Origin: Candidatus Limnocylindrales bacterium
GTDB lineage: Bacteria > Chloroflexota > Limnocylindria > Limnocylindrales > CSP1-4
Direction of reading: 5' to 3'
DNA length: 64,000 nt
Assembly: GCA_038251965.1 (NCBI GenBank)
Contig: JBBSAV010000002.1
Coordinates: 19,561 to 83,560, forward strand
The position numbers and the translations under genes were made by a program. The notes under the pieces are model-generated. The model ran no database searches, was not told the origin of the DNA, and worked only from the letters and a program-made list of their open reading frames with translations. Positions 47,796 to 57,289 of the stretch are shown here, in pieces. How positions within the stretch are numbered: position 1 is the stretch's first letter; the number at the start of each line of letters is the position of its first letter.

Positions 47796-48866
47796 ATGCG
47801 TCGTATCGCCACGATCAGTGCAGTAGGGACGATCCTCATCCTCGGGACGGTGCTCGCCCAGCCTGCCCTCGCCGAGCGCGAAGCGGGTGTGACGGCGATG
47901 GACGCCTGTCCGTCCCTGGATCTGGCCAGCGAGGTCTCGCTCGCGACCGTCCAGGGCACGACGTTCACCGGCACATACCTGGGTGACCTGGGCGCGGGAA
48001 GCATGAGCGGCAGCAGCCCCATGCGGACGTTCTGGGGCGTCGACCGCGTGTATGCCGGAGGCCCGCTCCCGAAAGACCTCCAGTTCACGACCCCCGAGTG
48101 TCGTTGGACCAACCTGACGCCCGGTGTGCACTACCTCTTCAGCACGGCCTCGACGAGCATCGCGCAGAGTCCGGATCAGGGCACTGAACCACCCGGCGAA
48201 CCCACGGCCACCGACTCGTTGGCCTGGGAGCTGAGGCAGGATGGCGCCGTCGAGCTGACTCCGTTCGACACGTACAGCGCTGATGATTACAGCGCCGAGG
48301 TGCGGTCGATCGCCACGTTCGAGGAGGCGCTGGCCGCTGTCGCGCCGGGCGCTACCGATGGCACCGAGCCGGCAGCTCCGGCTCCCATCGATTTCGGGTG
48401 CACGACACCGCCAAACCCCACCTTCGACGATGTCCAGGGCACCACGTTCCTTGGCCGCTACATCGGTGACGAGAAGCTCGACGCTGGCTCCGGCCTGCCC
48501 GATCGTCGCGTCTACTGGTCGGTGGAGCGCGTCTACGCGGGTGGGTCCCTGCCGGAGATCCTGACGCTGCGCACCGGTGCCTGCGGACCAGTGACGCTAA
48601 AGAAGGGCAAGCACTACATCTTCACCACGTCGAATATGGAAGGGCCTTCGATCTCCGACTCGATGGCTTGGCAGGTGCGCAAGAACGGCCGCACGAAGGC
48701 ACGCCCGTTCAGCCCCATCGACATGAAGTTCTACCGGGACGTCTCGCCGAATGTCCGCAAGGAGATGCGCCAGATGAAGACGATCGACGACGTGCTTGCG
48801 GCTGTGGCGCCGGGCGCTGGTGAGGCTGAGACGCCGATGCGGGCAGCCGATCGAACGCCGGGGTGA
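47796..48866 (+). CDS. Secreted protein with two homologous ~150-aa modules
   Basis: Signal peptide ILILGTVLAQPALA. Motifs recur in both modules: VQGTTF(T/L)G.Y(L/I)GD, V.RVYAGG.LP, G.HY(L/I)F(S/T)T, (A/V)LAAVAPGA. Confidence 0.6.
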   Translation: MRRIATISAVGTILILGTVLAQPALAEREAGVTAMDACPSLDLASEVSLATVQGTTFTGTYLGDLGAGSMSGSSPMRTFWGVDRVYAGGPLPKDLQFTTPECRWTNLTPGVHYLFSTASTSIAQSPDQGTEPPGEPTATDSLAWELRQDGAVELTPFDTYSADDYSAEVRSIATFEEALAAVAPGATDGTEPAAPAPIDFGCTTPPNPTFDDVQGTTFLGRYIGDEKLDAGSGLPDRRVYWSVERVYAGGSLPEILTLRTGACGPVTLKKGKHYIFTTSNMEGPSISDSMAWQVRKNGRTKARPFSPIDMKFYRDVSPNVRKEMRQMKTIDDVLAAVAPGAGEAETPMRAADRTPG

Positions 48867-48944
48867 GCCGGTCTTCGGTGGGCCTGACCCCTTCGGGGTG
48901 ATCGGCGTGGCCCGCTCGATGGTCTGCAGCCGATGCCGACCCTG

Positions 48945-49990
48945 ATGCGACGAGTTCTGCTGCTCGCGGTCTGGTCGCAAGACCCTCGACGTGGCGACCC
49001 TGGGCCAGTCAAGCGACCCTCGCGAGGCGACCGCGTCACCTGCACAGTCAGCATCGCCGTCGCCCGTATCTCCGTCGCCTGTCTCGGTGGTGCCCGATGA
49101 CGGCTCGGCGAATCCGTCCGGTGCGCCGACCGACGACTCGACGTTCCCCTTGCCCATCTTGACGCCCGGGCGATACACCTGCCTGGTTCATGCCGTACCC
49201 GTGCGAGAGATCCGGTACCGTCGTGACTGTCGACCCGCGGGCGGGTATCCCACTTGGCGTGGACCAACAAGGGAACGCGGCGGAACTCAAGCGGAAGGCG
49301 GTCCGGCGCAGGCCCTACCTGTGGGCCGGCTTCCGTGATCGGAGGGATGCCCTGCGCTGGGTCACGAGTGGCGCTGAGGCGGGACTCGGCCGGGCGTTCG
49401 TGGAGTGCACAGGCGGCTCGGAGCCGCGCAGGCTGAAGCCGAGGGCGAGCGTGACCGAGCGGTTCGCCTGGTACCCGGCGAGCAGCTTCGACGAGGACGT
49501 CTGGTTCCAGCCTTTGTGGCCCGCAACCGCTCCCGTCACCGTCTCCTGGCCGTTCCTTGGGCGTGGCTCGGAGCCATCGGGCGACACCCAGGACCTCTGG
49601 GCCCGCGTCAAGCACAGCAAAGCCACCGCGACCCTCGAGGTCGGCGGCGACGACCCGGGCACGCCCTCGATTCCCGAGCTCGTGGACAGCGCCCTTGCTG
49701 ATCCACGCTTCCGCGCCTGGGTCGATGAGGACCCGACGCGCGAGTCGTGGAGCGGCATCTCCTGGGGCAACGCGGCCGGCCCAACGTATCCCCACAACTT
49801 GTTCTCGGTCGGGCTCCAGGACCCGCCGCCGAATGGACTGCTTTGGCTTCGTCTCAGCCGCCACTTCGTGCAGCGTGGCGTCGTCACGCTGGACCCCTGG
49901 ACCGGTGAGGTCCTGCGTGTGCACTGCATCGGCCCCTCTCTGAGTCGGCCGTGCGAGGGGCCAACGGTCCTGGATGAACCCGATGAGTAA
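48945..49990 (+). pseudogene. Probable frameshifted secreted-protein gene, pieces in three frames
   Basis: Signal-like MRRVLLLAV in frame 0 (ATG 48945). Ser/Pro linker in frame 1 (48991-49338). Main 266-aa body in frame 2 (49190-49990). Confidence 0.4.
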
Positions 49991-50029
49991 CCGACACGAC
50001 GCCGGGCGGAACCGGCCGGGAGGAATTCG

Positions 50030-52057
50030 ATGAGAAGGCTCTGGCTCGTGGTCCCGTGGCTGTGCCTCGTGCTCCAGGTGCCCACGATCGTTGCAGCGCA
50101 GGAGCCACCTGCTGTTCCATCGCCCAACGCGCCCGTGGCAGTCACGACCAGCACAGAGCGGCCCCTGAACCACGAGGAGCTGCTGTCGGTGCGGGGCGAA
50201 CTTCGCGATCGGTCCTACCGTCCGACGACGCTCGTGGCGGATGCGATCATCGTGCGGGACCGACTGGTTCGCAACATCGAAGAGCCCGACCCCTCCCGGC
50301 GTGGCATCGGCGTTCTACCACGGGACGATCGATACCCTGGCGAGCCCGTCGTGCAGGCCAACCGCAGGGTCCGGGCCCTCCATCCCGATGACCGATCGTC
50401 CATCCAGGGCCGGCTGGCCTTCGATGTGGACATCGAGGGCATCCAGTTGCTCGGGACCGTGGCCACGCCCGTCGGCAGCTACGTCACGCCGATCGACCCG
50501 GCTGCGCTGGCGATGGCCGACACCCTCCCGGCCGGGACGCTCATCGTCGCCCACGGCCGGCTCTCGAGTCTGGGCAGCCGAGCGACCTGTCCAGCGTTGC
50601 CGCAGGCGCTCGACCCGCACGATACCGGCGGCTGGAGTGACCCGTTCGTGCGCTGTCCCGGGGGCTGGCTGACGAGCGAACGGGTCAGCGAGACCGACTC
50701 GTCCGATCCGTTGGCGCCGGCCGCTCCAGGGATTCCCGTCCAGTGGGGCGCCAGCGAGCGGTTCGCCGGCGACATGGACGTCGAGCGATCTGCCACCTAC
50801 CTGCTACGGCACGTGGCAAACCCCGTGGCAGGCGCGGAGCCTTCATTCGGGTGGGAGGTCATTGGCCGTCTCGATCCGCTCCAACCGCCCGAGCCAGAGA
50901 CCGCCATGGCGGCGCCACTGGCAGAAGCCGATCGACCCGGCGGCCTCGAGTGGCGACCGGTCGTCGAGCGCCAGCCGCCCGCGGATACCCTGTCGATCCA
51001 CTCCACGGCCTGGAAGGGTGGGTTCGCATCGGTGCATGTGGGACACGATCGCGTCCTCTCGTCGTGGGTCAGCGCCGACGGCGAGGCGTGGCAGCACGCT
51101 TCGCTTCCAGCTGGCATCACCTGGGTGAGGGCGCTGCTGCCGCTGCGAGAGGGTCTGGCCATCATCGCCGATGAAGCTCCGTTTGGCCCGGCCTGGAGGT
51201 TCGAGGTCTGGACGTCCAAGGATGGACTGCACTGGCGCGAGGCATCACGTCAACGCATCCCCGTGCCCGAGCGGTTCACAGGCTACCGCCGCTTGGTGCA
51301 CGGTTATTGGCCAACCAAGGATGGCATCGCGGCGCTGCAGACCTACACCCAGCAGCCTTGCTGCGGGTCCGCGCCCCGCTCGACGCTGCTGGTGGCGGCC
51401 AAGACGCAGCAACCCGACGTGACCTACGTCTGGACGAGCCGCGACGGTCGACGCTGGCAACAGCAACGTGCCAAGGGTGTCCACGGCGATCCGGGACAGC
51501 ACCTGGGCTCCTCCATCAGCGCCGCTGGAGGCGAGCTGCTGGCGCTGTGGCCCGACCGGTCACAAATGATCGGACGCAGCACCGATGGCGTCCTTTGGCG
51601 CACCATCGGGAGGTATCCGGCCGACCTCGACACGTACTCTTCCTTCGTCTTGGCGCGCGCCGACGGTGGTCTCGTGTTGGCCGGCGAACCCTTCGACTCG
51701 GACATCGGGACCGGTAGCACGCTCACCGTCTGGCGGCAGGACGGACAAGGCGAGTGGGTCCGGACGCTGCCACCTCGGCAGGGCTCGGCTGAGTCCATCG
51801 TGTCCATCGGTCGGACGGTCATCGTCTCCGGCGGTCGATTGGACCCGGAGCGACTCGACGATGACGACATCCCGCGCCTGGCGTGGCTTCTGGTCTCCAG
51901 CGATGGTGGCCGGACCTGGGACGAGTCGCTGAGCTGGTTCGGCGACAGCCCGTGGTGCCTGCAGGGCCTCACGGAAGGCGAGACAGGCGTCCTTCTCGAC
52001 GTCGCCTGTCCATCCCCAGAGGCTGCCTCGAAGTACCTGGTGGACGCTGAGGAGTAG
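50030..52057 (+). CDS. Secreted protein: unknown N-terminal domain plus Asp-box beta-propeller; paralog of 43901-46183
   Basis: Signal peptide; collinear similarity with the paralog (LLRHVANPV.G.EP..GW.VI.RLDP, GGFASVH.G.DRVLS.WVS.DG.AW); SDGGRTWD. Confidence 0.7.
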   Translation: MRRLWLVVPWLCLVLQVPTIVAAQEPPAVPSPNAPVAVTTSTERPLNHEELLSVRGELRDRSYRPTTLVADAIIVRDRLVRNIEEPDPSRRGIGVLPRDDRYPGEPVVQANRRVRALHPDDRSSIQGRLAFDVDIEGIQLLGTVATPVGSYVTPIDPAALAMADTLPAGTLIVAHGRLSSLGSRATCPALPQALDPHDTGGWSDPFVRCPGGWLTSERVSETDSSDPLAPAAPGIPVQWGASERFAGDMDVERSATYLLRHVANPVAGAEPSFGWEVIGRLDPLQPPEPETAMAAPLAEADRPGGLEWRPVVERQPPADTLSIHSTAWKGGFASVHVGHDRVLSSWVSADGEAWQHASLPAGITWVRALLPLREGLAIIADEAPFGPAWRFEVWTSKDGLHWREASRQRIPVPERFTGYRRLVHGYWPTKDGIAALQTYTQQPCCGSAPRSTLLVAAKTQQPDVTYVWTSRDGRRWQQQRAKGVHGDPGQHLGSSISAAGGELLALWPDRSQMIGRSTDGVLWRTIGRYPADLDTYSSFVLARADGGLVLAGEPFDSDIGTGSTLTVWRQDGQGEWVRTLPPRQGSAESIVSIGRTVIVSGGRLDPERLDDDDIPRLAWLLVSSDGGRTWDESLSWFGDSPWCLQGLTEGETGVLLDVACPSPEAASKYLVDAEE

Positions 52058-52162
52058 CCCGCTCATCTTCTGACGCGCATCGACCCTCGCGGGGATGTCC
52101 GTCGCGCTGCAAGGATCCGCCTCCCTCACGCGTTCTATGGTCAGAGAACGCAGGAGGTGTTG

Positions 52163-52654
52163 ATGGAGTCGGTGGCGACCGCGAGCCCGATCGCAACTTC
52201 GTTCGAGGCGACGATGGCTCCGAACTACGACGGCCTCGTGCGTCGACTGGCGTTCATCGTCGGCGACGCTGAGGAAGCGAAGGATCTGGCCCAGACCGCG
52301 TACCTGAAGGCGCTCGAGGCATGGCCGCGGTTCGACGGCTCTGATCCGAGGGGCTGGCTCTACACCATCGGGATCAATCTCGCCATCAGTGAACTGCGCC
52401 GACGCCGTCTGCGGTTCTGGCGACGCCGCACGTCGTCGACCGAGCCGAGCTGGGCGCTGCGGGTCGATCCCGACCTCTGGCAAGCCATCGATGAACTCGA
52501 CGCGCCGCAACGCGCGGCGCTCCTGCTGAACGTCCTGGACGGCTACACCCAAGCGGAGATCGCGAGCCGTCTCGATGTCCCATCTGGAACGGTGGCCAGC
52601 TGGCTCTCGCGCACCAAGGCGCATCTCCGCCAGCGACTCGGAGAGGAACGATGA
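52163..52654 (+). CDS. ECF-type RNA polymerase sigma factor
   Basis: Region 2 DAEEAKDLAQTAYLKALEAW ... WLYTIGINLAISELRRR. Region 4 LDAPQRAALLLNVLDGYTQAEIASRLDVPSGTVASWLSRTKAHLR. aggagg RBS. Confidence 0.85.
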   Translation: MESVATASPIATSFEATMAPNYDGLVRRLAFIVGDAEEAKDLAQTAYLKALEAWPRFDGSDPRGWLYTIGINLAISELRRRRLRFWRRRTSSTEPSWALRVDPDLWQAIDELDAPQRAALLLNVLDGYTQAEIASRLDVPSGTVASWLSRTKAHLRQRLGEER

Positions 52655-53079
52655 TGGATCCGTTCGACTCGATGCTGCGTCAGCGCATCACGCGACTACT
52701 GGTGGCCGTGCCCACAGAGCCGATTCCGCAGGCGAGCCGTCCACGGCCGATGGCGGGGCGGCGCATGCTCAGGAAGCGTCTCATCCTCGCCGTCGGGCTC
52801 GGATTGCTCATCCTGGCCTCCCTCGCGGTGAGTCTGCCGGCGATGTCGCGACCGACATACGAAGCACGACTGCGTGATCTCGGCGTTCCCGCCGGCGTCG
52901 AGATCATCACGGCCGGAGCAGACGCGAACGGCAATCTCATGGATGTCGTCTACCGCGACAAGGACGGGCACGTTCACTGTGTCAAGGGGGTAGGGGGGTG
53001 CTACGTGAGCATCACCGACCCGAGCAGGAGGGTTCTCTACGACGGAGGGCCTGGGCCCAAGGCGACGCCCACGCCGTAG
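52651..53079 (+). CDS. Putative single-pass anti-sigma factor
   Basis: ATGA overlap with the sigma gene; short cytoplasmic N-terminus, one TM helix (LILAVGLGLLILASLAV), ~75-aa outside domain. No HxxxCxxC motif. Confidence 0.5.
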   Translation: MMDPFDSMLRQRITRLLVAVPTEPIPQASRPRPMAGRRMLRKRLILAVGLGLLILASLAVSLPAMSRPTYEARLRDLGVPAGVEIITAGADANGNLMDVVYRDKDGHVHCVKGVGGCYVSITDPSRRVLYDGGPGPKATPTP

Positions 53080-53107
53080 CGGCACCAAAGCCGGCGTCGC
53101 CGAGGCC

Positions 53108-53791
53108 CTACCTAGAGCCTCCCAGCACCACGAAGTCGTGGGGCTCCGAGCCCTCCCGGCCGCGACGGATGTCGAGCACGAGCTTCGTATCTCGGCCCGC
53201 ATCGCTGAGCCAAAGCTCGCGGCCATGCACGCCGTCGTCGGCGGTGAACGCGACGTGGCTGCGGAAGCTGATGAAGCCCACCGGGTCGGACGCACCTTCG
53301 GGGGCGATGTCCGCCACCAGCTTCGTGCCCGCGGCCGTGCCATCGGTCAGCCAGGGCTCGCGACCGCTCCCGTCGTCCGCACCGGCCGAGAACCAGAGTT
53401 GGTCCCCGACCACGACGAGGTCGCGGGGATCGAGGTCGGCATCGGGCACATCGAGGACCGGCGCGGTGCCCGTTGCCGTCCCGTCACTGGTCCACAGCTC
53501 CGTGCCGGTCGAGGCCTCGTCGACGGCCAGGTAGAGCTGTTCGCGGAACACCACGAGCTGGCTGAAGGGTCCTTCCTGCGGAGGCTCGGCCGATGGCGGT
53601 GGCGCCGCCGTCACGAACGAGGCGGCGTCCTTCGTCTCGATGATGCCGCGGTCGGAATCGCGCCGTTCGGTCTGTGCCCACCCAAGGGATCCATCGTCGC
53701 CATCCTGAGCGACGAAGTACACCTTATCGGTCCAGGCGGTCAGTTCCTTCACGCCCGTGAAGAGCTCACCCGCAGCGGCGATGCGCACCGG
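53108..53791 (-). pseudogene. ELWxxDGT-repeat protein fragment lacking an N-terminus/signal peptide
   Basis: GTELWTSDGTATGT, GREPWLTDGTAAGT, GRELWLSDAGRDT repeats. The ORF formally extends to 54040, but that part looks non-coding. Confidence 0.5.
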
Positions 53792-53797
53792 TTGCGA

Positions 53798-54000
53798 GCA
53801 CTCCTCGCCTTCGACCCGTCGAGCGGTAGTTGGCGAACGTTCACCCCGATGCCGACGGAGATCTACTTCGAGCCCGAGCATGTGGTCTGGACTGGCCAGG
53901 CGGCCGTCGTGGCCGGCGGGAGCACGCCCGCAAGTCGCCGCGTACGACCCGACGACCGACACATGGGAACGACTGACTGAGGTCGCTGGCTCGCCCACCC
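53798..54000 (+). pseudogene. Kelch-like gene fragment with an internal frameshift
   Basis: LLAFDPSSGSWRTFTPMP...VVWTGQAAVVAGG in one frame continues as QVAAYDPTTDTWERLTEVAGSP in another. Confidence 0.35.
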
Positions 54001-54300
54001 TGGTCTGCCGCATCGCACCATCCCTGCGGCACCAAAGCATCTACTCAGATGTTTCTCCCGGCGGCGTTAGCGAGTTGCCAAACCCATGGCTCGGGCTGAT
54101 GGGGCGACGTCCTTGCCGGCTCCAGTCACCCGAGGGCATGATCCAAGTCACGCCCGGGCATGATCCGGGGCCCGGGAGCGGCGATCCGGCCACCTCGACG
54201 CTCTGGGCGCCGGGTGCACCCGTCTAATGCCACCTCGCGTGACATTTGAGCAGATGCTCCCCGCCTGGCGTGAATGGTCGTACCGGACCAGGCCTCGTCG

Positions 54301-54354
54301 TTGACGCTCCGGCGCGGTCGCACTAGACTAATCCTGACGAAATAAGTCGGAATT
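54301..54354 (+). promoter_or_regulatory. Candidate sigma-70-type promoter plus Rrf2-type operator upstream of the suf operon
   Basis: TTGACG-N17-TAGACT (54301-54329), immediately followed by aatCCTGACgaaataaGTCGGaatt, an imperfect inverted repeat. Confidence 0.4.
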
Positions 54355-54422
54355 GCCGGCGCCGCGCAACTCAGCGGCGACCCCCAGTCGGCCGCGGCGA
54401 TCAGGAGACCAGTCAGACCAGC

Positions 54423-54956
54423 GTGCGCACCAACGTCCCCAACTCGGGAGCCCTCCATTTCTCCACGCGTGGCGAATACGGCGTGCGCCTCATGGTCGAG
54501 CTTGCCCGTCACTATGGCACCGGCCCCGTGAGCCTGTCCGAGATGGCCGAGCACGAGTCGCTGCCGCGGCCGTACCTGGAGCAGCTGGTGGTGAGCCTCC
54601 GCGAGGCGGGTCTCGTCCTTAGCACCCGCGGCGCGCGCGGCGGCTACGAGCTGACCAGGCCGCCGGTCGCCATCCGCATGAGCGAGGTCATCACGGCCCT
54701 GGAGGGGCCGATCGCCCCCATGATCTGTGCCAGCGACGACCCGCATCACACCGAGCAGTGCCAGCGAGCCGGGTTCTGCAACGTCGAGCAGCTGTGGCAG
54801 CGCGTCCGCGACGCCATCGTCAGCGCGCTCGATTCCATGACCCTTGAAGAACTTGCCGAGCCGCGTCTCGGCCACCCCGCCCATCCCGAAGCGGCCCTCA
54901 TGGCCGTCCAACCGCTCTTAGAGCGACCAATCAAGGAGCCAGTCGCCCAGCCATGA
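54423..54956 (+). CDS. Rrf2-family transcriptional regulator (IscR/SufR-like, Cys-containing)
   Basis: STRGEYGVRLMVELA, SLSEMAEHESLPRPYLEQLVVSLREAGLV.STRGARGGY. Cysteines in MICASDD..EQCQRAGFC. Confidence 0.85.
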   Translation: MRTNVPNSGALHFSTRGEYGVRLMVELARHYGTGPVSLSEMAEHESLPRPYLEQLVVSLREAGLVLSTRGARGGYELTRPPVAIRMSEVITALEGPIAPMICASDDPHHTEQCQRAGFCNVEQLWQRVRDAIVSALDSMTLEELAEPRLGHPAHPEAALMAVQPLLERPIKEPVAQP

Positions 54957-55885
54957 CCAACGACATCGCCACCCTTCCCGGAGCCAACGCAGCTGAGACC
55001 AGCGCAGCCCAAACCGCCGCAGACGACCGCGTGCTCACTATCCGTGACCTCCACGTGGTCCCCGTCGCCAGCCGTGACGTGGAGATCCTGCGTGGCATCG
55101 ACCTGGAGATCCGCAAGGGTGAGGTCCACGCCATCATGGGCCGTAACGGCTCGGGCAAGACCACGCTGGCCTACGCGCTCATGGGCCACCCCGCCTACGT
55201 GGTCACCAGCGGCGAGGTCATCTGGAAGGGTATCGACGTGCTCAGCCTGAGTCCCGACAAGCGCGCCCGATTGGGCCTGTTCCTGGCCTTCCAGTACCCC
55301 ACCGCCGTGCCCGGCCTGTCTGTGGCCTCGTTCCTGCGCACCGCGCTGAACGCTCGACGTCGTGGCCTTGACGTGAGTGATAGCAAGATCGATCCCAGCG
55401 ATGCCACCCGCGGCGGCATCAAGATGGGCGAGTTCCGCGATCTCCTGCGCGAGAAGATGAGCCTGCTCCACCTGGACGACTCCTTCGCCGGTCGCTACGT
55501 CAACGAGGGCTTCTCCGGTGGCGAGAAGAAGCGCCTGGAGATGCTCCAGATGGCCATCCTGGAGCCCGAGTTCGCCATCCTCGATGAGACCGATTCCGGG
55601 TTGGACATCGACGCCCTGCGCATCGTGGCCGAGGGTGTCAACGCGCAGCTCAACCCGGACCTGGGCGTGCTGCTCATCACCCATTACCAGCGGCTGCTCA
55701 ACTACATCACGCCCGACCGCGTGCACGTGCTGGCCCACGGCAAGATCATCGCGTCGGGCGGCAAGGAGCTGGCCCTTCGACTGGAAGACGAGGGCTATGC
55801 GCCCATCCTGGCCGAAGCCGGGTTCGACGTCGAAGCCCTCGATGAGGATCCGGAGGTCGAGCGGCTCGAGCAGCAGGAGGCCTAG
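54953..55885 (+). CDS. sufC: Fe-S cluster assembly ATPase SufC
   Basis: MGRNGSGKTTLAYALMGHPAY, FSGGEKKR, ILDETDSGLDIDAL, ITHYQRLL. Has N- and C-terminal extensions. Confidence 0.9.
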   Translation: MTNDIATLPGANAAETSAAQTAADDRVLTIRDLHVVPVASRDVEILRGIDLEIRKGEVHAIMGRNGSGKTTLAYALMGHPAYVVTSGEVIWKGIDVLSLSPDKRARLGLFLAFQYPTAVPGLSVASFLRTALNARRRGLDVSDSKIDPSDATRGGIKMGEFRDLLREKMSLLHLDDSFAGRYVNEGFSGGEKKRLEMLQMAILEPEFAILDETDSGLDIDALRIVAEGVNAQLNPDLGVLLITHYQRLLNYITPDRVHVLAHGKIIASGGKELALRLEDEGYAPILAEAGFDVEALDEDPEVERLEQQEA

Positions 55886-55959
55886 GCGGCCCAGCACGCC
55901 CTCCGTGTGCCCGACTGTCCGACCGAACGGCCACCGATGAGGCCACTAGAAAGCCACCC

Positions 55960-57231
55960 ATGAACGCCCCGACGCCCCTCGACCCCGAAGCCATCCGTCG
56001 GGACTTCCCCATCTTCGAGCGGGAGTTCCACGGCCAGCGGCTGGCCTACCTCGACAGCGCTGCCACGGCCTTGAAGCCGCGCGTGGTGTCCGAGGCCGTC
56101 GACGGCTACGACCGCCGCTACAGCGCCAACGTGCATCGCGGCATCTATGCCATCGCGGAGGAGGCCACGGCAGCCTATGAAGGCGCCCGCGAGAAGGTGG
56201 CGCACTTCATCGGTGCGCCCGACCCGCGCGAGGTGGTCTTCGTACGCAACGCTACCGAGGCCATCAACCTGGTCGCCTATGCCTGGGGCCGGGGCCACAT
56301 CGGCCGTGCCGATACCATCGTGCTGACCGAGCTGGAGCACCACGCCAACCTGGTGCCATGGCAGTTGCTGGCACAGGAGAAGGACGCCGATCTCGAGTTC
56401 GTGCCGTTCGATACGCATGGCCGACTGATCATGGATTCGTGGGAGGTGCTGCTGCGCACCGAGCCCAAGCTGGTGGCATTCACCCACAAGTCCAACGCAC
56501 TGGGCACCCTCCTGCCCGTCAAGCAGATGGTGGCGCAGGCGCACGAGGCCGGTGCCCTGGTGCTCGTCGACGGTGCCCAGGCAGTCCCGCACATGGCCGT
56601 GGACGTGGGGGACATCGGGGCCGACTTCTACGTCTTTTCCGGCCACAAGGTGCTGGGGCCGACCGGTTCCGGGGCGCTTTGGGCACGGGCGGAGCTGCTG
56701 GAGGAGATGCCGCCCTTCATGAGCGGTGGCGAGATGATCGACTCGGTTCACCTGCGGCACACCACCTTCGCCGAGATCCCGCACAAGTTCGAGGCGGGCA
56801 CGCCGGACATCGCCGCCGCCATCGGCCTGGGTGCCGCCATCGACTACCTCGATGATCTGGGCATGGACTGCGTGGCCGCCCACGAGGAGGCACTCACCGC
56901 CTACGCCCTCCAGATGCTGCCTCGTGAGGTGCCCGGCATCCGTATCCACGGACCCACGGAAGCCGCCGACCGAGCCGGCATCGTCACCTTCACGCTGCCT
57001 GAGGCCCATGCCCACGACGTGGCCACCCTTCTCGATCGAGAGGCCATCGCCATCCGCGCCGGCCACCACTGCACTCAGCCGCTGCACGAGCGACTGGGCG
57101 AGACGGCCACCTGTCGCGCCTCATTCAGTGTCTACAGTGGTCGGGACGAACTCGATCGCCTTGCCGCCGGGCTTCGTGGCGTGCAACGGATCTTCGGCCG
57201 TGTGCCGGCCACCGCCGTCAAGCAGCCATAG
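55960..57231 (+). CDS. sufS: Cysteine desulfurase SufS
   Basis: YLDSAATALKP, NVHRG, FSGHKVLGPTGSGAL (PLP Lys), RAGHHCTQPL (catalytic Cys). Confidence 0.9.
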   Translation: MNAPTPLDPEAIRRDFPIFEREFHGQRLAYLDSAATALKPRVVSEAVDGYDRRYSANVHRGIYAIAEEATAAYEGAREKVAHFIGAPDPREVVFVRNATEAINLVAYAWGRGHIGRADTIVLTELEHHANLVPWQLLAQEKDADLEFVPFDTHGRLIMDSWEVLLRTEPKLVAFTHKSNALGTLLPVKQMVAQAHEAGALVLVDGAQAVPHMAVDVGDIGADFYVFSGHKVLGPTGSGALWARAELLEEMPPFMSGGEMIDSVHLRHTTFAEIPHKFEAGTPDIAAAIGLGAAIDYLDDLGMDCVAAHEEALTAYALQMLPREVPGIRIHGPTEAADRAGIVTFTLPEAHAHDVATLLDREAIAIRAGHHCTQPLHERLGETATCRASFSVYSGRDELDRLAAGLRGVQRIFGRVPATAVKQP

Positions 57232-57289
57232 CCGCGCCGTCAAGCACTCAAAGAGAACCACCACCGCATCGAGTACCCTGCACATTCCC

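Noticed and set aside
48731-50173. 480-aa minus-strand ORF across the frameshifted gene region
   Set aside because: It has Arg/Pro/Gly-rich shadow composition, while the plus strand carries protein-like segments.
53757-54227. 156-aa plus-strand ORF as an intact gene
   Set aside because: Only a ~22-aa segment (QVAAYDPTTDTWERLTEVAGSP) looks like real Kelch sequence, and the rest is low-complexity. I treat it as part of a frameshifted remnant.
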